From: Escherichia phage vB_Eco4M-7 | Length of the DNA: 64,000 nt | Direction: 5' to 3' (one strand) | Sequence record: MN176217 | Shown here: one piece after another, positions 57,600 through 64,000 of the stretch | Position numbering within the stretch: position 1 is the first letter of the stretch | Layout of the letters: each line of letters begins with the position of its first letter | Translations under genes and position numbers: made by a program | The notes under the pieces: generated by a model | The model's input: only the letters and a program-made list of their open reading frames with translations | Told to the model about the DNA's origin: nothing | Databases searched by the model: none

Positions 57600-58046
57600 T
57601 TAACGGTAGTTAACTAGTTGCTGATCACCAGAGAAGGTGCAATGATAAACGAATTGTGCGTTATAAAGCAACTGAAAACTTTTCTTTGGTTCATTATTAG
57701 AACTCATTGATGTAAAGATTTCTGCACCAGAACGGTTTTCACCAATAAGGTTTATAAAGCCGCCAGTTGAACGAGGTTGGACGAAAGTGAAACGTTGCAT
57801 CCACGGAGTGCGGTTGGCACCTTTCCCTGTGAATCCCTGAATCTGAATATTCAGACCTTCTTGCTCGTTCACACCGATGTAAGTGGTAATTGTTGCGCCA
57901 GTCGTCGCTGCAGTCTTGCCGTCCATCGCTTCGCAATCGTAAACAGCGATTGAATCGGAAGTACGGACAGCGGCTTCAGTCGCTTCCATATACATGGTTC
58001 CGAGAATAGCAGTTGCGGCAAGCGCGATTCCAGTGATGCGTTTCAT
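57600..58046 (-). CDS. secreted hypothetical protein
   Basis: 148 aa; signal-peptide-like MKRITGIALAATAILGTMYMEATEAA; two Cys. Confidence 0.5.
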   Translation of the reverse strand: MKRITGIALAATAILGTMYMEATEAAVRTSDSIAVYDCEAMDGKTAATTGATITTYIGVNEQEGLNIQIQGFTGKGANRTPWMQRFTFVQPRSTGGFINLIGENRSGAEIFTSMSSNNEPKKSFQLLYNAQFVYHCTFSGDQQLVNYR

Positions 58047-58111
58047 TTTCGTTTCCTCTATGAGTTCTGCTTCAATGATTAAAGTATACGCCCATTGAAG
58101 CAGAAAGCAAA

Positions 58112-59107
58112 TTATTTATTAGCAATATAAGCAAATTTTTGATAGTTATTTGCTTTGATGAGTTTTTCAACTTCAGCAAGGTCATGGGCGACGTCATCAA
58201 GCAAAATGTTTCGCCAAGTAGCGAATCGACCGACACTAAATACGTTCAAATCCATGGTCAGTTGCAGGAGTAGGGCGTGTCGTAAGTCTTTCGGAATGTC
58301 GACAATCTTGCCATACTTCTGGTCGACCTTTTCAACTTCTTCAAGAGCGATGTCACTCCATGAGAGGCCAAAAGCCGTCAACACTTCGTCAACTTCTGCA
58401 CGCAACTTAATGTCACGGTAACGAGTAATGCCGCCAGCGGCTTCAACTGCGGCTTCACTTACGCTAACCAAAGGAATTGTTTCAATGATCAGCGTGTCAC
58501 CAGTGATTGATGCGCGGTAAGTTCTGACGGAGTAGTCAGGAAAGTAAATGGTTTGATACAGTTCACACTTGCGTTTAATCTTAAAGCGGTAAACACGAAT
58601 GTTTGCCTTATCGAATGAGAAATCAATCTTTTGATCAATCCCAGCAAGCTTCATCATGACTGGCAGCGGCGATGTGTTGATGATTGGCGTCTCGCTATAG
58701 CCGCAAAGCGTGTCGACCGGAGTATTAAAGAATATACGGTCACCCAGTTTATCGACAAGCTGATCATAAAAGTCATCAGGCGCAATATAACGCGTTGCAG
58801 TTTTAAGCTTCATGATTGAACGGCTGCCAAACTGATTGGTGACCTTCATGGAATACATATTGGCAAGGTTGATTGGGCAATGGTCGTGATAGTAGTTACC
58901 GCGAAAATACACAGCCTTGTCAACTGTCACGGCCTTAAAAGGGATTCCGGTAATACGGCTTACTTCTTCGCCGCGAAAGCGTAGCAGGGCCTTGTGCTGT
59001 GGCGCTCGCTCCCCTGCTTCGTACACAATAGAGTTCGGGAAGTGACACGCGGTAATAAGTCCTGCCAAACCGCCGCCGATAATCATTACAGGTTGTTTCA
59101 TGTTCAT
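58112..59107 (-). CDS. FAD/NAD(P)-binding oxidoreductase-like protein
   Basis: 331 aa; N-terminal Rossmann motif VMIIGGGLAGL. Confidence 0.55.
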   Translation of the reverse strand: MNMKQPVMIIGGGLAGLITACHFPNSIVYEAGERAPQHKALLRFRGEEVSRITGIPFKAVTVDKAVYFRGNYYHDHCPINLANMYSMKVTNQFGSRSIMKLKTATRYIAPDDFYDQLVDKLGDRIFFNTPVDTLCGYSETPIINTSPLPVMMKLAGIDQKIDFSFDKANIRVYRFKIKRKCELYQTIYFPDYSVRTYRASITGDTLIIETIPLVSVSEAAVEAAGGITRYRDIKLRAEVDEVLTAFGLSWSDIALEEVEKVDQKYGKIVDIPKDLRHALLLQLTMDLNVFSVGRFATWRNILLDDVAHDLAEVEKLIKANNYQKFAYIANK

Positions 59108-59186
59108 TTGTCCTTTGTGGGTGATATGAGAAGTATAATAGCTAAATTATTTTACAGCAACAAGTCATTTCTATTTAGTACAGACG

Positions 59187-59213
59187 AAAAAAGACCCACA
59201 ACAAGTGTGGGTC
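59187..59213 (-). terminator. rho-independent terminator (minus strand)
   Basis: GACCCACA/TGTGGGTC stem preceded on plus strand by A6. Confidence 0.6.
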
Positions 59214-59241
59214 AATTACCGCTATATAACCGTCCTACAGG

Positions 59242-60087
59242 TTATTCCGCTTGATCACCGTCTTCAGCATCGTCGTTGGATTCAACATCGACAAACTCGA
59301 TGTGGCCCATCTCTTCCAGCTTGCTCAGGTAGGAGCGAACAGAAGCGCCAAACAGTTGATCTTTAACTTTTTCGCCCAGCTCATCGATAGACTGTGCCAC
59401 ACCAACTTCGCCTTCTTTGATCGCCGCCAGAACGCGTCCACGGGTGGAATGCTCTTGCGGCTGGCTCAGGCCATTGCCAGTGTAGATGAAGTGAGTGGCT
59501 TTTGCACGACGCTGACCGTTTGCCTTTTTAGCAGCCTTACGTTCTGCGATGGCTTTGCGACGTTCTTCAGCTTCTTTCTTACGCTGTTCTTTCTGCTGTT
59601 CTGCAGCTTCTTTCGCCGCAATCTTAGCAGCTTCACGCTCTGCCTTGCGTTTCGCTTTAGCTTCTTCTTTGGCCTTCTCTTTTTCGGCCTTCGCTGCAGC
59701 ACGGGCTTGATCACGCTCTGCTTTCTTGGCCGCAGCCTGCTCAGCTTTCAGGCGCTTGGCTTCTTCTTTAGCCTTTGCCTTTTCGATTTCTTTTGCTGCT
59801 TTAGCGGCTTCACGCTCTGCTTTCTTGGCAGCAGCCTTTTCTGCACGCTCTTTAGCTTTCTTAGCTGCTTCTTCAGCACGCTTCTGAGCCTTCTCATCAG
59901 CAGCCTGCTTGCGTTTCAGCGCAGCTTCTTCACGCTTGGCTTGTTTTTCCTGCTCACGCTTCTGGCGTTTTTCTTCGGCTTCTTTCTTTTTAGCCAGGCG
60001 TTTTTCTTCAGCCACGCGACGACGTTCTGCTGCGGCTGCTTGTTTTTCTTCTTTAGATAATACTTTGATTGCTTCGGCCATATTCAC
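59242..60087 (-). CDS. Lys/Ala/Glu-rich low-complexity protein with globular C-terminal domain
   Basis: 281 aa; ~200 aa of KAEREAAKAAKE-type repeats. Confidence 0.55.
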   Translation of the reverse strand: MNMAEAIKVLSKEEKQAAAAERRRVAEEKRLAKKKEAEEKRQKREQEKQAKREEAALKRKQAADEKAQKRAEEAAKKAKERAEKAAAKKAEREAAKAAKEIEKAKAKEEAKRLKAEQAAAKKAERDQARAAAKAEKEKAKEEAKAKRKAEREAAKIAAKEAAEQQKEQRKKEAEERRKAIAERKAAKKANGQRRAKATHFIYTGNGLSQPQEHSTRGRVLAAIKEGEVGVAQSIDELGEKVKDQLFGASVRSYLSKLEEMGHIEFVDVESNDDAEDGDQAE

Positions 60088-60240
60088 AGTCCTTAAATAA
60101 ATTAGTTTATTTTATATTCCCCGTTTGGGATAACTTAATTATGCCTTCAGTCGTCGCCAGTAGCAACTAAAAACTATGGCGGCAATGCCACTTTAATTAA
60201 ACTGATTTTCAGTTTTATTTTTCGTAAATTTACGTCAACA

Positions 60241-61425
60241 TTAACGCGCTTTCAAATCACGGTACACGGTCAGATTCTTCTTAGCGCGGGTGATTGCGGT
60301 GTACATCATCTTGGAGTACGGGACGCCGCGCAAGATTTCTTCCAGCACGCACACGTTATCCCACTCGCTGCCTTGCGATTTGTGCACCGTGATTACATAG
60401 CCATAGTCCATCCCGCCAACAGCGCGTTGCGCTTCTTTGCGCACTTCCTGATCAGTAGAGAAGGAAAGAGGATTGATCTTCACCTTTATATCTTTACCAT
60501 CAGTTAATGAACGCAAGTTGACATACATTATTTCATTCGACTCGTCTTCATCCCTTTCAAAGTCCGGCACTGGTTCATAGCTAATAACAATCCCCTGCTC
60601 GCCATTACAGAATCCTGGCCCGTGCTGGTTGAAGGTGCAAATAACTTTCTCGCCGATTCCTGGCATTGGCGTTATACGTCCGCTCACTTGCCGTAATAAT
60701 GAATTCCATTTATCTTTGGTGCTATTATAGGAGCAAATAATTTGATCATCTTCGCCCATGAATTTCTTCAATGCAGTAACGCGCGGCGATTCTGCCAATA
60801 CTTTGACGTCATCGTATTCACGCGGAGGAAGGCGGTTGCCTTGGCGCACGAAGAAGGAGGCGCGGATTATATTGGACTCTTTCCCTTGCCGCATGATTTC
60901 GGTTAACAGCACGTCAACGGCATCTTCAGTAAAGTAGGCGGCGGCTTTTACCGGAGGGACTTGTCCAATGTCGCCTAATGCCAGGACAGGGATGCGGTGA
61001 TCAAGAAGGCGCTCTGTGTCCCACTCGCCAACCATCGACGCTTCATCGAGTACAACAAGGTGCGGCCTTTCATCCAGCTTTGACTTTCTCGAAAAGATTG
61101 GCTCATTGTCGTCATTTACGCCGCGCACGTTATAGATGAACTGGTGAAGGGTCTTAGCGCCACGACAGCCTTTTTGCTTTAATCGGCTTGCAGCCTTTCC
61201 GGTCGGCGCAATATAGATAGCGCCGTACTCACCGACACAGCGGCGCACAATCTCACGAGCAATAGAGGTTTTACCAGTCCCTGCATAGCCAGCAATGAAA
61301 AACACACGCTTCGTCGTTTTACCGTCCTGCAATCGCTTGTACCATGCAACGGCCTTCTCGATGGCATCGATTTGTTGCGCGTTAAACTGAATAACTGGCT
61401 CATCATTAAATTCTGGAATGTTCAT
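60241..61425 (-). CDS. Dda/RecD-like SF1B DNA helicase
   Basis: 394 aa; Walker A GYAGTGKTS, Walker B VVLDEASMV, VHKSQGSEWDNV. Confidence 0.75.
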   Translation of the reverse strand: MNIPEFNDEPVIQFNAQQIDAIEKAVAWYKRLQDGKTTKRVFFIAGYAGTGKTSIAREIVRRCVGEYGAIYIAPTGKAASRLKQKGCRGAKTLHQFIYNVRGVNDDNEPIFSRKSKLDERPHLVVLDEASMVGEWDTERLLDHRIPVLALGDIGQVPPVKAAAYFTEDAVDVLLTEIMRQGKESNIIRASFFVRQGNRLPPREYDDVKVLAESPRVTALKKFMGEDDQIICSYNSTKDKWNSLLRQVSGRITPMPGIGEKVICTFNQHGPGFCNGEQGIVISYEPVPDFERDEDESNEIMYVNLRSLTDGKDIKVKINPLSFSTDQEVRKEAQRAVGGMDYGYVITVHKSQGSEWDNVCVLEEILRGVPYSKMMYTAITRAKKNLTVYRDLKAR

Positions 61426-61751
61426 TATAACTCCACTACGCTGTCAAGGTCCAGATATACTGGAATAAAATGGCAATCTTCTTTTCGTTCAAACATCTCA
61501 CCATCAACATGGCTGAAGAAAACAGTTGTGTTTGGTATCTTCCATCCTTTCTCGTCGCGCACTAAGTACGCCATGGATTCAACAGGGATGTACAGCGATA
61601 CCGGATTTGCGGCAAAAATAAATTTGATTCTGTCTGGTTGACCCAGGAATCGCATGATTGTTAGGCTTGAATTCAATCTTGTATTAAGGAAGGACTCAAC
61701 GATTCCGACGTGTGTTGCACGTTCGCGTTGCTTCGTCTCTTTTTCGTTCAT
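61425..61751 (-). CDS. hypothetical protein
   Basis: ORF track frame 61425..61760; ATG 61751 with AAAGG RBS. Confidence 0.45.
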   Translation of the reverse strand: MNEKETKQRERATHVGIVESFLNTRLNSSLTIMRFLGQPDRIKFIFAANPVSLYIPVESMAYLVRDEKGWKIPNTTVFFSHVDGEMFERKEDCHFIPVYLDLDSVVEL

Positions 61752-61854
61752 TTCAGGCAACCTTTGTTAGTGCGGAAATATTTTTTGATAGTATAATTGC
61801 AGATATAGTATAAAGCAAAGTAAATCGAAATTGTGAACTAAATGGTAAATATTG

Positions 61855-61882
61855 TTGACTTTGTATCACTCAATATTATACT
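61855..61882 (+). promoter_or_regulatory. sigma70-like promoter TTGACT-N16-TATACT
   Basis: -35 61855-61860, -10 61877-61882, in divergent intergenic region. Confidence 0.5.
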
Positions 61883-61911
61883 GCAGGTATTGATCACCGA
61901 AGGAAAGAAAG

Positions 61912-62994
61912 ATGGCTAGTTTAAGAGAAGAAGCAAAAATAATTGAAGAGTTTTTAACAGAACTCCAAAGAGGCATTCCAGAAGATGAGCGCGTCATGAC
62001 GGTGTTTGCTCCTGAAGCAACGGTACAGACCGACGAGCGCGGCAAGAAGATTAACAGCAGCTTCTGGCCTAAGCCTTGGAAGTTGGGCAAGCCGCTCATG
62101 CAGCACCAAAACGGCTATGCTTGCATCAGTTCAATGCGTAAGTCTCCCAACCCAAAGACGGGTGAGATGCGATACTGGCGTACAGAGTCTGCCTTTGGTC
62201 ACGGCATGGCGATGATGGTTGATGACATCGGTCACGGTAAAGGGTCCAAAGGCGATTTAGATTTGGAATTCTTTTTCGAGCGACTGAAGCCGACTGTCAT
62301 CGTCGAGACTTCACCGAACAACCACCAGCTTTGGTACTTCTTTAAAGAACCGATTGGCCATCTTATTCAGTTCAAAGCGTTCCTTGGGTCTTTCGTTAAC
62401 ATGGTACTCAAGAAGGGCGGCGACAACACGATTAAAGACGTAACGCGCGTGGGTCGTGTTCCTGGGTGCATCAATAACAAGCGTGTGACTCACGACGGCC
62501 CCTATAAATATGTCGATGAGAACGGCGACCCGTTCCGCTGCCGACTTGTCCATGCAGACTACTCCTTGCGCTACACCATCGAAGACATTTGTCAGGCATT
62601 TGGCTTTCACGTCGTCATGCCGCAAAAGCGTGAGATTCAAATTGACGTCGATGAATACAAGTATGATGCTGTTTGGTATAAAATAGCCCAGCAGATTCTA
62701 GCGCGCAACAAGATGGGTGAAGGGTCTGATGGCGACGTCATCGAGAATATGTCAGGCAAGTGTCGCATAATCTGTCCTTGGGGTGAAGAGCACACCAACG
62801 GCGACCCGTATGGCGCTTACTTTCGCGGCCCTATCCCTGGTGCAGAACATGAATTTGTGTTCGGTTGCGCCCACGACTGCCACCGGAAAGGGGAAGGCAA
62901 GAAAGGTTGGACTGCTTTTGTTGAAGCAATCGTCATGCCTTATATTGAGAATCAACTTGACATGATAAATCGTCGTGCAGGTGGCATAAAATAG
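61912..62994 (+). CDS. AEP-family primase-polymerase-like protein with Cys/His-rich C-terminus
   Basis: 360 aa; MMVDDIG (DxD), ETSPNNHQLWYFF (S..H), TRVGRVPGCINNKR (R..PG.N.K); CPWGEEH...FGCAHDCH. Confidence 0.5.
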   Translation: MASLREEAKIIEEFLTELQRGIPEDERVMTVFAPEATVQTDERGKKINSSFWPKPWKLGKPLMQHQNGYACISSMRKSPNPKTGEMRYWRTESAFGHGMAMMVDDIGHGKGSKGDLDLEFFFERLKPTVIVETSPNNHQLWYFFKEPIGHLIQFKAFLGSFVNMVLKKGGDNTIKDVTRVGRVPGCINNKRVTHDGPYKYVDENGDPFRCRLVHADYSLRYTIEDICQAFGFHVVMPQKREIQIDVDEYKYDAVWYKIAQQILARNKMGEGSDGDVIENMSGKCRIICPWGEEHTNGDPYGAYFRGPIPGAEHEFVFGCAHDCHRKGEGKKGWTAFVEAIVMPYIENQLDMINRRAGGIK

Positions 62995-62995
62995 T

Positions 62996-63023
62996 TTGCT
63001 TTTATTTTCATAGCAACTATAAT
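62996..63023 (+). promoter_or_regulatory. sigma70-like promoter TTGCTT-N16-TATAAT
   Basis: -35 62996-63001, -10 63018-63023, upstream of small ORF 63053. Confidence 0.45.
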
Positions 63024-63052
63024 CATTTTATGAACTGAAGCAGAGGTGATTC

Positions 63053-63199
63053 ATGCAAAGCGAAGAATTGAACATCGAGGTTGAATGTCTGTTAAAGTCG
63101 TTAGAACCTAAACCAGCAGAGCTTCCGACCCTTCAAGGAGTCATGGCTCACCATCAAGCGGCTGCGGCCAAACAATACTCTGAATTTGTTAAGGAATAA
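63053..63199 (+). CDS. small hypothetical protein (48 aa)
   Basis: Hand-translated MQSEELNIEVECLLKSLEPKPAELPTLQGVMAHHQAAAAKQYSEFVKE; RBS GAGGTG. Confidence 0.4.
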   Translation: MQSEELNIEVECLLKSLEPKPAELPTLQGVMAHHQAAAAKQYSEFVKE

Positions 63200-63201
63200 A
63201 A

Positions 63202-63492
63202 ATGAACGAACCAAAAATGATGACCGTTGAAGAAGCACAAAAGCTTCGTGTTGAAAACGAGCTTAAGCTTGTCAACCAGATTCTCCCCTTGTTTGCAGGC
63301 TACGCAGTGGAGGAAGTTGTTGGGGCAATCCTTAACGTATCCACGCATGTCGCTATGAATCTTCAGGCAGAGCGATTCAACACGCTGCTGACTATTAAAG
63401 ACCTTACCGTCAGCGCAACGTTCACTGTTGAGCCAGTCAATTTTGACGAAGCTTCAGCCGCGATTCAACAACAAAGAGATCAAGAGGTGTAG
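63202..63492 (+). CDS. hypothetical protein
   Basis: ORF track 96 aa. Confidence 0.5.
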   Translation: MNEPKMMTVEEAQKLRVENELKLVNQILPLFAGYAVEEVVGAILNVSTHVAMNLQAERFNTLLTIKDLTVSATFTVEPVNFDEASAAIQQQRDQEV

Positions 63493-63493
63493 C

Positions 63494-63757
63494 ATGGGCG
63501 CTTTCCGTAACGAGTTCATCTGGAACGTCACCAGCAATCTCTCGACTTGTCCTAACTGTGCGAGCGATGTTATCAAGGTGCGGCAGCATCGCAACGCGGA
63601 GGAAGGTGCCTGGGAAGATGGCGACCTTGTAGAGTGCCAGTGCTGCTCTCATGAAGGTGTTGTGGAACTTCACGCTGGCAAAGGTTGTCCACCAGCAGAA
63701 CGTACAGCACGCGTTGAATGGGATGCAACAGACTCCATTGGTGATCCTCAACAGTAA
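63494..63757 (+). CDS. zinc-ribbon-like hypothetical protein
   Basis: ATG 63494 after AGAGGTG; CPNC...CQCCSH; ORF track frame 63428..63757. Confidence 0.45.
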   Translation: MGAFRNEFIWNVTSNLSTCPNCASDVIKVRQHRNAEEGAWEDGDLVECQCCSHEGVVELHAGKGCPPAERTARVEWDATDSIGDPQQ

Positions 63758-63775
63758 ATTTAGGTATAGATACTT

Positions 63776-63880
63776 ATGAAAGCCGTAAAGAAATACACAT
63801 TAATCATTTCCCTTGTCATCATCCTGGGGCTATTATATGTATTGGATATGGCATATTATTTGGCAGGGGTGAGTGGATGA
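63776..63880 (+). CDS. small hydrophobic protein (34 aa)
   Basis: Hand-translated MKAVKKYTLIISLVIILGLLYVLDMAYYLAGVSG; weak RBS. Confidence 0.3.
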   Translation: MKAVKKYTLIISLVIILGLLYVLDMAYYLAGVSG

Positions 63881-64000
63881 ATATTGTAATTCTTTATGGT
63901 GAAAATATCAGCGATGACGACATCGAAGTTGCCGTTGATGTTTACGGTATCGATGAGGTGAAACGTGTTGAAGAAATTAGTGGCGCAAATCTCAATGAGA
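63877..64000 (+). CDS. hypothetical protein (3' truncated by window end)
   Basis: ATG overlapping upstream stop (ATGA); MNIVILYGENISDDDIEVAVD... runs off window. Confidence 0.35.
   Translation, partial: MNIVILYGENISDDDIEVAVDVYGIDEVKRVEEISGANLNE

Noticed and set aside
59251-60060. 269-aa plus-strand ORF
   Set aside because: Antisense shadow of the Lys/Ala/Glu-repeat gene; Phe/Leu/Ser/Cys low-complexity translation
1-64000. tRNA genes in intergenic regions
   Set aside because: No cloverleaf-compatible segment with a GTTCGAATC-type T-loop was seen by eye; tRNAscan-SE or Aragorn would be needed to exclude them formally

Overview
The window reads as a ~64 kb slice of a contractile-tailed dsDNA phage of a Gram-negative host (embedded spanin pair, E. 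coli-like codon usage in the capsid gene). All calls are from reading the sequence and ORF track by eye; no searches were run. Layout: (i) 1-5754, a plus-strand operon of ~20 small, translationally coupled early genes with two paralog families and a duplicated terminator-promoter cassette. (ii) 5755-9990, a repeat-rich regulatory region: an inverted-repeat element that recurs at 22.0-22.6 kb, an array of eight TTTGCACTAT motifs around an HTH/small-terminase-like gene, and a CpG-rich four-gene cassette with a triplicated promoter-like element. (iii) 9988-15471, minus-strand accessory genes including a tail fibre with a C-terminal S74-type chaperone domain. (iv) 15589-44143, the plus-strand virion module: large terminase, portal with a C-terminal inorganic-pyrophosphatase-like domain, MuF-like protein, scaffold, capsid, sheath, two paralogous tube-like proteins, tape measure with lytic transglycosylase domain, baseplate, His-box tail fibre, GH19 endolysin. 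(v) 44169-61751, the minus-strand replication and nucleotide-metabolism module: ATP-dependent ligase, MazG-like, embedded spanins, SSB-like, SNF2 helicase plus VRR-NUC, DnaE, DnaQ, Dda-like helicase, and an unusual enzyme cluster (VOC-like, SDR, HAD, divergent ThyX-like, secreted protein, FAD-binding protein). (vi) 61912-64000, a plus-strand module opening with an AEP primase-polymerase-like gene. No rRNA, tRNA, CRISPR array, integrase or transposase was recognised. The best candidates for an undescribed system are the ThyX-like enzyme cluster (54.5-59.1 kb), the portal-pyrophosphatase fusion, and the two-copy inverted-repeat element.
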